NCBI GenBank assembly: GCA_008632985.1
Contig: QPGO01000154.1
Span: 1-64,000, forward strand
Length of the DNA: 64,000 nt
Source of the DNA: Psammoneis japonica
Lineage: Eukaryota
Direction of reading: 5' to 3'
How positions within the stretch are numbered: the first letter of the stretch is position 1; each line of letters begins with the position of its first letter. The notes under the pieces were generated by a model that searched no databases, was not told the DNA's origin, and saw only the letters and a list, made by a program, of their open reading frames with translations. Both the position numbers and the translations under genes were made by a program. Shown here piece by piece: positions 38,453 through 49,252 of this stretch.

Positions 38453-40847
38453 CTAACACAAAGACGTTCGAATTCCCTTCGAAAGAATCTTCACTGCAGC
38501 AGGAGGGACAAAGCCGTCGGCAATGGAAATGCGCCCAGCCTCAATCTCAGAGTGCAGTTTGACAATGTTGGACTCAATGGAATTGTTGAACACAAACCTC
38601 TTCACTTGCACCGCTTTCGTTTGTCCAAGGCGGTGGATGCGACCTGCCGCCTGGACTTCCGCAGCGGGGTCGATGCACGGCTCGAGAAGACACACAATCG
38701 ATGCCGCAGTCAACGTGACCAGACGGCAGAACAAATGTGTGAGGTCAGGGTCGACATGGCAAAAGACAAGTCTCGAGCGAAGACACCACTACTTACTTCC
38801 AACGTTGCCAGCCTTCAGCGTAATGACGAAGACTGCTGGTGTAGAATCACTTTCATCTTGGAACTTCCGGATTGCCTTGTCTCGGGCAGGGCCACTTGTA
38901 GATCCGGTAAACTGGCACACATCCAGACCTTGGTTCTTGAGTGCTTCGATCACTGCCGAGTGCTGCCGAGTGTACTGCGTAAACACAACAGCACGGAGCT
39001 TGGGTTGAGAACGGCGCACAAGCTGCAGATCGTTCAGAAGAGCCTTGGTCTTGGTGACGGCGTGGCCAGCGAACGTCATGCGAAACAGAAAGCACTGCTC
39101 AAGAGTAAATATTTTGGATCCTTCTAGTTCGTAACCACGAATGATATCCGCGTGCTTGTTGGCTTTTCCAAGCATGTCCCGTTCGAGCGGTGACATGTCC
39201 ACGCACAAGGTGGTCGAGGTGGACGCAGGGAGAACCAAAGCCTCGGATTCTCGGATGCGTTGCTTTTTCGTGTGATGAATCATGACACGCTTCAACTGTT
39301 CAACAAGAGCGTCGAATCTCTCCTTCCCATTGGGTAAGGCCGATTCAAAATCCCGAATCAACCTCAAAAGCACCTCATCGTAGCTTCCGGAAAAGAGGAG
39401 CTGAGATGCAATCTCGCGAATGGAGGAAGTGAACGGAGTCGCTGTCACACACCACCTGATTTCTGAACAAATCTTTCCGGCCTCATGCTGCTTTGCTGAC
39501 GATCTGTTTGTTTCAAATAAATGGCTCTTGTCGGCAACAACCCGGTGGAACTCGAAGTTGTCGGTGATGCTTGGTTTCCATGTAAAGGTGGAAGTGGAAA
39601 TGATGACATCTAAATCAACAAGCTGGCGTGGATCGAATTTCTCTGGTTTCCGTGGCACCTCGCAGCACGGAGATTAGGAGCATGCTTCTTGCATTCGTTG
39701 AGCCACTGGCCAACCAGCGAAACGGATGTTAACACCACAGCAGTCTTTGCTGGAACCCTCTCCCACGTCCTGATCATTTCCCTCCATTCCCTCCATTTCT
39801 TTTTGTCATAGTCTGGGTCTCCACCATCGCGAAAATGACTCAATCGAGAGAGCTCCTTGGACTTGTGGTCAAGTCGACGAGGTGGCTTCTCCCAGTCTTG
39901 CAGTTTCTCTTCAACTGGGGACAAAGTCGGCAGTCTTTTCAGTGCCATGGGATTGGAGGCAACAAGAGCAAGAACAACGGCGGACTTGCCCATTCCAACC
40001 TCATCGCACAGGAACCCCCCCTTGGCCTTGCCGCCGGCAGAGATCTCGCGATCTTCCACGTCCAGCATGAATGCCAGGCTCTGACGTTGGCAGTGGCGAA
40101 GGCTCGTGGAAAAGAGGTTCGCAGGAGGAACCTTTTCAACAGGGCATGCCTGAGTCACGGCATCCAGCAACTTACGAATCGAGAAGTCACCTGCAACGGT
40201 GCAGTTGACGGTCCTGGCACAGCAGCCTCAGCTTGCTGTGGGGGCACCAGCATTTCTCCTCGTTTCTTCACGCTTGCGTCTCCACTGATCATCACTGTAC
40301 TTGGCATGGCAGTGCTCCTTCCATGAGGCACAAGTAGAGGCCAAAATGTCACACACGTAGCAAAAACAGTTTGCGCAGTGCTTTGAGGGATCGACGTTGT
40401 GAGGGTGGCAATGCAGTTCTCACGCGAGTGGGGAAAGTCAACAAGAGCAAAATGACCTGTCGTTCCAACCACAGCGACCTCTTCATCGTCCTTCTTCTCC
40501 TCGTTGTCAGTGGAGAACAACTGGGCCGTGGCAGACTTGACTCGAGAAGCAGAGACCTCACGAACATCGTCGTTGTTGTTTCCAGACGAAACTTCTTCTG
40601 TGTCTTCTTCGCTCGTCGAAGCACTCATGGTCGACAATGGAGGATTGGCACTCGCCACTGCTTGTTCTCCGGGTGTCGTGACTGGAAGCATCACCTCCTC
40701 TCTGTCAGGACAACCCACCGATGCGCTGCCAAGTGAGTTCTCGGTCTTGATTCGCTTTGAAGTCACTTTCAGTGTCGCCGCGGCTGGCCTCTTTCCGTCT
40801 GCGTCATCGTCATCTGAAGACACCAGATCAATCACGTTCGTCGACAT
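38453..40847 (-). pseudogene. SNF2/RAD5-like helicase with N-terminal Cys/His zinc-binding domain, disabled
   Basis: Motifs GGFLCDEVGMGKS, VVADKSH, RWCVTATP, VVFTQY and QAAGRIHRLGQ; N-terminal FPHSRENC...HCANCFCYVCD...W..HC. In-frame TGA at 40230-40228, frameshifts at ~40405 and ~39640, and a broken splice acceptor at 38721-38719. Confidence 0.85.
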
Positions 40848-40990
40848 AGTCCACTGCATGGATGTGGCTGTGAGATTTCGAGCACAGTGCGCATTCAATG
40901 ATGAGAAGCAACGAAACTTGGAGCCGTCAGCCTCATCGACATCGTGAACTGCCGAGACGCCGCATCCCGCATCAGCATGGCATGCCGGTG

Positions 40991-41243
40991 TTCATCGTGA
41001 GACCCCACAAATGCGGAGGGACCCTCCTGCAGAGCTCTGTGCAAATTTTTGTATGTGGCACTGAAACATGTAGCCTGCATGCGCAAAACTGGTGCAGTTT
41101 CTACGACAAAAATCCGAAAAAACGCCCAGTTTGCGAGATGGCTCTGGTGCAAAACCCACGTGAACAGTCCCCATACATTCACGTAGAACTCCACACATTT
41201 CCGGGTTGCAGGTCCCTCCGCATTTGTGGGGTCCCACGATGAA
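40991..41243. mobile_element. MITE-like element, 253 bp, 33-bp terminal inverted repeats
   Basis: ttcatcgtgagaccccacaaatgcggagggacc (40991-41023) vs reverse complement of 41211-41243, 1 mismatch. Flanked by TG on both sides. Confidence 0.75.
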
Positions 41244-41399
41244 TGCATGGCATGCTCAATCTTTTTTTGGCGCGCACCCGCGCCCTCTCCATCGTTTCGA
41301 GAACGGCCCATTTGGACAGAGAGACCTGTTCAGCAAAGCCAGAAAAAGAAAAGTGAAAGCTGGCATTTTCCGGTCCAGCCAGCATCTAAGAAAAAGGAG

Positions 41400-44130
41400 C
41401 AATGCCGAGAACAGCTTTTTGGACACATGAGCAACACCAATGACAAAACAACTGGGTTGCTTGAAAAGGTTGCCAGCGACAGATCATTCTTTCCCCCCTT
41501 TTTTTTTTGTCAAAAGCAAGTCATGTGAACAGGCTGTTGGCTGAGCACCTTCAAAAGTGCAAGGTCTCTTGATGCTTTAGCAAGACACAGCTTTCCTCAC
41601 TCTGGGGCCCTGCATGCACCTGACAGCTGCATGCAAACACCCTGCAGCACACGCCACACAGCAAATCAGCACAGGAGGGTTTCATTTTAGAGACAAGATC
41701 CTGAGAGGAAACCATTGTTCTCACACTTCTTTCAGAAACAAGCCTGGGAGCATGCTGTGCATGTGGAGAGCAACATTTTCAAACCTTTGCAATGGCAGGC
41801 CACCAGCACATGGCACAATCTCAGGGGCACCAACAATGTGGGTCCATCCACCTGCCACAAGCTGGAAATTTTATGACTGCAGTGCTAGATGAGCATTGCT
41901 TGGCAAGTTGGGTGATCACTTTCATTTCAGTTCAGACCAACTCTTGTGGGCCAATTGAAGTCAAATTGTGCCCTCTTTTGTTGCAGGGTGTTCTTGCCTC
42001 TGATCCCAGAGTCAATGCCTTTTTTTTTTTGTGTTTTGTTGTTTCTTCAGCAGCCATCATTGTTGTTGTTTGTGGTTGTCGAACATGCAGAGCACCAAAA
42101 GCTGAGGCAGCAATTTGAGAGGTGAGATCTGTTCCCCTTGTGAACAAGAACAGACATGTGGAAAGCACCATGGGTTCTTGGCTGTTGTTTGAAGCAATGT
42201 GGTGGGTGCTTCTCACCATTTCAATGGAGTGTCAGTGTCAGTGCTCAACTGTGCCAACCATGTGGCACAGTGTTGCACCAAGAATGTCACAACCAACTGT
42301 GCCATGCTGCAAGAGAAAATGGCCCAAGTGCAAAAAAAAAAGGGGTGGCTGGGAGCCACCACCCACAAAACTGGAGCTGGTGCACATGCTGCTTGGGCTG
42401 TTGTTCCTTGCCATGTCATCACTGTTGAGCCCAGTGTGGAGGAACAGGGCCTGTGGCAGTGACAAAAGAGGAGCACATGGTGCCTTGGCTTTGACGCCAC
42501 TCTGTCACCTCTGTGCTCCCAAAAGCTGTCCTCCAACCAGGAAAGTTTTGACTGACCCAGTCAGAAGATTGCACTCAGATGACACACAGAGATGGGACAT
42601 GCAACAGTTTCAAACAACATTGACGTGGTGTCTGCTGCTGTTGCAATTGCTGCTGAGTTTCCTTGCATGCAGAGCATTGCTGGTGAGCACCCAAGCCACT
42701 GGTTTTGACAAGTGCTCCTGGAGTGGGAGCTGATGGCAAGGATTGGTGCAAGCACGCTCTTTTCTTTTTTCAACTTTGATGTTTCTTTCAGCTTTTCTGG
42801 CACATGCTCTTGAGCATTGGAGCAGCTCATCTTGGCATTGTGGCAGGCCTCAAAACTCACTGTCACTTTAAATCTGCTGTGGAAACTTCTTGGAATTGCC
42901 CTGGTTGCAGATGTGCCATGCTTGTGAGTGTCTGGAGTCAAATCTTTGAGATGTCATGTGCAGCCCAGCAGTGGAGAGATTGCAGGAGGTTGTGGTGGAA
43001 ATGAGTGGCAAGCTGCTCTCCTCCAGACTTTCCAAACAAAGTGTGACTTGATGTGGAGCTGTGGTGAGCTCCTCTGGGATCTTGGTGGTTCTTGCCATCG
43101 TGTCCTCAAGAGCTGGGGCTTGCATCAAGTGGTTTTTTGCCTTTCAGACTGCCTGCACCTGGTTAAAAACTTTCTCTGATTGCCAGATTCACACCATCTT
43201 TGGCATTGAGCAGGTTGCTCTTGGTTCTGTTCATTCAAATGACAGCCTGGAGGTCTTGCACCATTGCATCTCTAGCAAGGACTTGAGCGCAGAGTGCAAG
43301 GCTCTTCTTGGCTCACTCATGCTGGCATGGACAAGTGTGGAAGGGCATGTTTTCTTCTGGACTCTGAACATGCTGGAGATGAGCTCCTGAATTTTCACAA
43401 TGATTGGAGGCTTGAGCACATGATGTGGTCTCTTTCCATCTCTTCTGCAACAAACTTTTGATGACTTGCTTGTCTGGCAAATGTGCAGCAAAATCATCAT
43501 CCTTCTGCTGGTTGCTGGCAATGTGCTTTTTCTTCACAGCAGCATGGAAAAATCTTGACCATGAGATCACATGTTGTCAGCTGGCTGTAGGTGGCACTTG
43601 TGTGCGGGCTCCTGATGGAGCTAAGACCTGAGTGAGGTGGACACTGTTTCCAAAAAGTTTGGCACCAAGTGTGCTCAAGTGTTCCCCACTTTTGTTGTCA
43701 AAGGCATGTTCCTCCTGCACAAGAGAGCCCAGCAAGGCATTCAGTGAGGTGTTGCTTTTCTGTCAGCGAGTGCAAGTGATCCAAGCAAGTCAGGTTGGAA
43801 GGAGCTGGTGAAGCAGACACATTTTCTAAAGGCAACCCAGCACATCACCATTGCTCTGCTGGCTAGAGAGCATGTTGTCATTGAGCAGCATGTGGGTGCT
43901 GCCTTCAAGTTCACACAAATTGCAAAAGCCATGCTGGTGCAGTGACAACACTTGGAAAGGGTGTCATTGCACCCACCAGTGCCTTCAAGCAGCAGAAGCT
44001 CAACCCAAGAGCTCTGCCAAAACAGAGATCATCACAGAATGTGCTCTGTGATTAGCTTCAAAGTTTGTGGGCCACCAGGAGGCACATTTGTTGTGAAGTG
44101 CAAGGAGGATGATGCTTCTACTGCCAGTGG
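41400..44130. other. CpG- and TpA-depleted block (block 3)
   Basis: Same signature. TA and CG resume at about 44130-44200. Confidence 0.88.
42870..43547 (-). repeat. Right arm of the inverted repeat (partner 37502-38192)
   Basis: See left arm. Confidence 0.92.
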
Positions 44131-44371
44131 CAGATAACAGCATCATAGTCACAAGAACCGTGTGGCATGTTTTGGCCGCTGAAAGACTATAGCGAACAAT
44201 CTACAAGTAGAGGCGGAGTTATAGGGAGTCGGAGACAAGTACGAAGTAGAAGTGACGCCATTGTTGCGCAAAAAGGCGAACACGAATCAATTCCTTGTTG
44301 ACTCTCTAGCAAACAAATGGTGTTGCACGCATTATGTTCATTTTCCTTTATACTTTCGTACGAGTACTGCT

Positions 44372-45433
44372 TCAGGGATAGGTGGCACCTTCGACGGTGG
44401 CACCGTCGAGAAAATCAATCACGTCCTTGGCCAGTGTAGCACCGTGCCCTTCGTGCCACATGAGATGCGACGCGTTGGGAAAGGTCTTATAGGGAATTCC
44501 TGCCTGTCGGGCGCTTTCTACAGCCGCAGTGCAGTCGTCCACGACTTCGTGTTCGGCTATACAGAGAAGGAGGGGGGTGGATTGATGGATGCGCTTCAAC
44601 TCTGCAAGACTCCAAGCGTGTGGTTTGCCAGCAATGAGTTTACAGCATTGATCAACGAGGCACCATGCAATTCGGTAATCCCAAAGAGGGTACGGGAGCT
44701 CCTCGCCTTCTTCCTTGGAACAAGACGAATCCTCAGGGTCGTGCATCATTGCTTTTAACACACCTTCCGCTAACGTCTCCTTCGTCGTCCACCATGGTAT
44801 GACCTGAAGGACAGTATAGAAAATCCACCGTAGAATCAACCATCCCCTATCGCCCTGAATAGGAGCAAACACTCCCGCAGGAGCAAGGAGGACCACTTTG
44901 CCGACCTCCTTAGGAGCGGACTTGACAAAGAGCGAGGAGAGAAAGCTCCCGTAGGAGTAGCCGACGAGAGAAACGGGCTTCCCTAGCAACTTGAGTTCCG
45001 ACTTGAGCGACAAAAACCACTCGACCGCTTGTTCTTCACTGTTCGGAAGATTGAAAGCCTTTCCATCCTTGGGATAGCTACGTCCCATGTCTCCTATCGT
45101 GTCAAAAGCAAGAACGTGATACTTTTTGGTAAGTGTGGGGATAAGCCATTTCGCGAACAAAAGGGCGCTTTCGTTGGACCCGTGAAACAAAAAGACGGGA
45201 GGATTCCTTTCGCTGCCACACGCATAGACTCGCGTCGTTCCGAATCTCGATTTCAGGTTCATGACCCGACAATCCTCACTGGCAAGGTACTGTGAGAGGT
45301 ACTTGTCGTATCTACGCAACAGCTCGGCCCATCCCGGGCCGTCGTGCCATTTTTTCTTGCGCTGCCGGAGAATAACCGCGCCGGCAACAACGGCGGCTAC
45401 GGTCCCGGCGATTGCTGATACCCATCTGGCCAT
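44372..45433 (-). CDS. Alpha/beta hydrolase (carboxylesterase-like) with N-terminal membrane anchor
   Basis: LFHGS, DTIGDMGRS, nucleophile elbow GYSYG and catalytic His in NASHLM. Intronless, 353 aa. Confidence 0.9.
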   Translation of the reverse strand: MARWVSAIAGTVAAVVAGAVILRQRKKKWHDGPGWAELLRRYDKYLSQYLASEDCRVMNLKSRFGTTRVYACGSERNPPVFLFHGSNESALLFAKWLIPTLTKKYHVLAFDTIGDMGRSYPKDGKAFNLPNSEEQAVEWFLSLKSELKLLGKPVSLVGYSYGSFLSSLFVKSAPKEVGKVVLLAPAGVFAPIQGDRGWLILRWIFYTVLQVIPWWTTKETLAEGVLKAMMHDPEDSSCSKEEGEELPYPLWDYRIAWCLVDQCCKLIAGKPHAWSLAELKRIHQSTPLLLCIAEHEVVDDCTAAVESARQAGIPYKTFPNASHLMWHEGHGATLAKDVIDFLDGATVEGATYP

Positions 45434-45820
45434 GGCGATGGTTCAGGACGGTCTCGTCGATGGGCGTAGGAAGCCTCTTTTTTCCATAAGGGTTAGTCAT
45501 GAACGCGGAGCTTGATAAAGTGTATACGACTATATGTTGTGAAGCTTTCGTCGATCATCTTTCATCATCATTCATCGCATCCGCTCTTCGACGGAGGACT
45601 TCAGGACTGATTGCTAAGCACTGTGGATGCAAAATCCAAAATGCAGAAAATCGCGCTCTCTTCTTTAGGAAAAAGTTCAAAAAAGGAAGTAAAATAGAAA
45701 AATCAAAATTTCCCAATACTGTACATGCAAAACTGAGAAAAATGACACACAGCACCTTACAGTGGCAACTGGCAACAACAGCATTGCCATTCCTGTCGGA
45801 CAACAAACTTTTTCTTAGCA

Positions 45821-47095
45821 ATGTCGGACGGTGACACATCGAGTGATAATGATGATGACATCGGGGGACTCCCAGAGATGGACGGTTCCTCTTCGGACGA
45901 GGACGTTTTTGCTTTTCAGAAGCGTAAATTCCAGAAGCGAAAGACTGATTACTCCGATGAATCCTCTTGCAGCGACGACAGTGAGTACGACGACGATGAA
46001 GCGACGAAGCCATCTAGTTCAAAACGTCAAATCAAGAAAAAGAAAGGCTCTCCATCTGTAGAGGAGCGACTATCAGCAATGCGAAGACGAAAAAGTCCAA
46101 AGCTACCTACAGATGATTCTGACGATTCTGACACGGAGAACGACGCAGACGTTCCCAAAGCCCCAAGGCCGTCCGTCGTTGAACTTTTGTCATCGGATGA
46201 CGATGATGACGACGTGGTTGTTGTGCAAAGTCAACAATCGAGATATTCCTCTGCAAATCCGGAGCAATTAACCCTTATTGAACAAGCACGAAGTGCTGCA
46301 AGAGGTTTGAGACAAGCCCAGAATTATCATGCGGAAGACGTTCGAGTCACCGTAGAACAACCTCCGAATCAGCCTACAAACCCAATGATTGCTACCCTTG
46401 GATACCAGACATTGGGCGCTACAGGCTATGCAAGAAAGATTTCGCCCATGATGAGCAACGAAGTTGACCTTACGTCCGATGTTCCTCAGAACGGCTTGAA
46501 TCTAGCTCAGGCGAATTTGGGAAAATCAATGAAGCTTTCGTTGAGAGCTGAAGAGTACGTAAATGGCAAGCTGCAGTCATCGTCGTATTCAAACGGAGAG
46601 CACAATTTCTTTTCCATCATGGAGCGAGAACCACTCCGTAATCTCGTTGAAAAGTACGTCACGTCAAGGGAACTGCCGTTGGATTCAACCACTGTTGTGC
46701 TTTCGTTTCGTGGGGACCAAGTGGACTTGAACATGACACCGTCAATCTGCGAGATGCAAGATGGCGATGTAATAGATGCGGTGGCGAAAACCATCGTGGT
46801 CCCGACCAAGTCGTCCAAGAAAGTCGCCAAGTCAGCGGCAAACTTGGGGGAAGAGATTATGCTCACGCTGCGAGTGCAAGAGATGAAGGAAGGTAAAAGG
46901 GTTCCTGTGGATGAGGTCCTGAAGATTCGGATGCTGGAAAAATTCTCGGTCCTGATGGAAAAATTCAAGAAGAAGAGGAATACAAACTCTTCCAACATTA
47001 CAATGTCGTTTGACGGGCTAACGCTTGATATGAACAAGACGCCAACGGATTATGAAGTAGAGGACGAAGATTTGATTGACGTATTGGTAAAATGA
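45821..47095 (+). CDS. Rad60/Esc2/NIP45-like protein with two SUMO-like domains
   Basis: Acidic N-terminus, SIM-like VVELLSSDDD, and C-terminal repeats LSFRGDQVDLNMTP...MQDGDVID and MSFDGLTLDMNKTP...VEDEDLIDV. Confidence 0.85.
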   Translation: MSDGDTSSDNDDDIGGLPEMDGSSSDEDVFAFQKRKFQKRKTDYSDESSCSDDSEYDDDEATKPSSSKRQIKKKKGSPSVEERLSAMRRRKSPKLPTDDSDDSDTENDADVPKAPRPSVVELLSSDDDDDDVVVVQSQQSRYSSANPEQLTLIEQARSAARGLRQAQNYHAEDVRVTVEQPPNQPTNPMIATLGYQTLGATGYARKISPMMSNEVDLTSDVPQNGLNLAQANLGKSMKLSLRAEEYVNGKLQSSSYSNGEHNFFSIMEREPLRNLVEKYVTSRELPLDSTTVVLSFRGDQVDLNMTPSICEMQDGDVIDAVAKTIVVPTKSSKKVAKSAANLGEEIMLTLRVQEMKEGKRVPVDEVLKIRMLEKFSVLMEKFKKKRNTNSSNITMSFDGLTLDMNKTPTDYEVEDEDLIDVLVK

Positions 47096-47177
47096 AGTAA
47101 TTGAAAATCGATCAGGGGTCAAATCCTCTATTATCTTTAGTGTCGACCTGAACTTTGACAGTGCAGAGGTTTCAGCG

Positions 47178-48731
47178 TCAAGATATGGCACCATCCAACT
47201 GCCAGGAGGATTCCTTACCCATCCAAGACTCTGTCCAAAGCGCCTTCAAAGCACTGACAGGTTTTGATGATATTACCACTTCCTGTTGCACAGGCAATCT
47301 AGTTGTTTCACTTCGTTCGCTCCAAGATGATGGAACTTGCACTGAATCAATGGGAGAGTGATAGCAGGAATGAGCCACAAGGACCACGTCGACTGCAAAT
47401 GTCGCCAGCAGTTCCTGGATTTTTGTAACCACGGCAGATTCATCGTCGTGACTGTCGACGCTGATTGGAGTTACTACCGCATGGTCTCCCATTGACTTTT
47501 CAAACTTTGCGACGACCGACAGGGATGGCGCCACAACTGTCACCCTCGGACGCACTACAAAGACAGGAGAACTTCCAGAATATGAATCCGCGTCGGGTTG
47601 ATCGTACCAATAGCCTGCAGCTGGAGTCTCAAGTGGCACAAAGGCACCACAATCTGTGATTTCAATCGGTGCAGACGGTTCGCCACCTGACGTTCCATAC
47701 GTCTCTGCCGCATCTATAACCTGTTACACCAATCACGCATAAGGATACTACAACTTGTAAGCTTTTTCGAGATGGGAACTCAAAGTGATATCATCAATTC
47801 TGCAACAGTGTGTCATAGCCCAAGGCCCAGATAGAAAAGAATACTACTTGTAGGCAATACGTACCTCATATCCACTAACGACTTCTCCAAAGACAACATG
47901 TTTGCCATCACATTGTGGCGCTCCTTGAAAGGTGATAAAGAATTGTGACGTGTTTGAGTTCTTCCCACTATTTCCCATGGATAACACGCCTTTCCGATCA
48001 TGCTTTAGTTGAAGCCCAGCACGTTCGTCCTTGAACTTTTTTCCGTTGAAAATTGATTCACCCCCGCTCCCATTGCCAAACACGAAATCTCCCCCCTGAA
48101 GAATAAACCCTGGTACAACTCTGTGAATGACGCTGTTTCGAAACGTCAAGGGCTTGCCGGATTCCCCAATCGGTGGTGGTTTTGGTTTCTTGTTGGTTGA
48201 AACAATGTTGCTTCCGTTGGTACAAAGAGTAGCAAAGTTCTCACATGCCAAGGGTGCGATATCCCAAAAGAGTCGCACCACAATCCGGTTGCCGCTTCTT
48301 GGTGGACGAACCTCGATCCCACCACATTCAGAGTCCTTGCTGCTCCATTCTGTAGATAGAGAGCGAGACAGTGAGACACAGATACGTAAAACATGGATAG
48401 CGTCGGTGCATCTTTTTTGAAAAATGAGCCGCAGCAATCCATTGAGAATTACACATACTGCACTGGATACCGGCTTTCAACCCGGAAATGAAGTCAATTC
48501 TTCCTCTGGTGGAAAATGAACCGATTGCCACTCACCGTGATCGCTGCTTATGAGATCAGCAATCCTCGATATTTCGGATCCTCCGAGATGCCGAAGATCT
48601 TTGGACGAAAAACCGTACCGCGAGTCGGTTGCATCCACAAAGGCTGCTGCCGTCTTGAGTTTTGATCTGTGATTATCAAAATCAAAGTCGAGGTAACAGT
48701 AAGCACAAGACTGTGCGTTGACGGCCGACAT
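47178..48731 (-). CDS. Cyclophilin-type peptidyl-prolyl isomerase with N- and C-terminal extensions, 3 exons
   Basis: APLACENF, HRVVPGFILQGGDF..GNGSGGESI, SMGNSGKNSNTSQFFIT and DGKHVVFGEV. Introns near 48535-48350 and 47865-47725. Confidence 0.9.
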
Positions 48732-49252
48732 GATGTTGTTGCCATTGGCAATGGCGTTTTTCGCGTTTCACGCAAAGAAAATCAAATCACAGCTTTTATT
48801 GTGAGCAGTGGCACTCCATAAACACGTGGCACGAAATGAGGCATGCTTGCGTGGAAAAGGAAAGCACGAACTAAATCGCCATCAACTCGCAATGTCCGAG
48901 AAAGCAAAGAACAGCTCTGAGCTAATGTACGATACGACTACTCTAGAGGGACCTTACACTCGTTTGCTTAGGCCTACTAACAAAACATACGTTGGACTTC
49001 GGGTCTTATAAAACAAGTAAAAGCAATTGAAAGAAAAGCAGAGGGCGAATTTTGCGTTAGCCGCCATTCGCATTGCATTCAGCCCCCGCCGAAATTTCGC
49101 TCTTTTCGCGCTAAAAAGTGCGCGTAAAAATGACCGAGCCGCCACCCGAATGACTTTGGCGCTCGAGATGATTTGCGGCGCAGAAGCTAAACACGGCTCG
49201 TACCTGGATAGACGAGGGACGACACAAAGCAACACAACAATAAACTATAAAT

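Noticed and set aside
38219..39127. 302-aa plus-strand ORF
   Set aside because: Antisense shadow of the helicase in TA-poor DNA.
38453..40847. SNF2 gene as DNMT5, i.e. the mutator itself
   Set aside because: No cytosine methyltransferase motifs are visible upstream of the ATPase, and the gene appears to be a target of the process.
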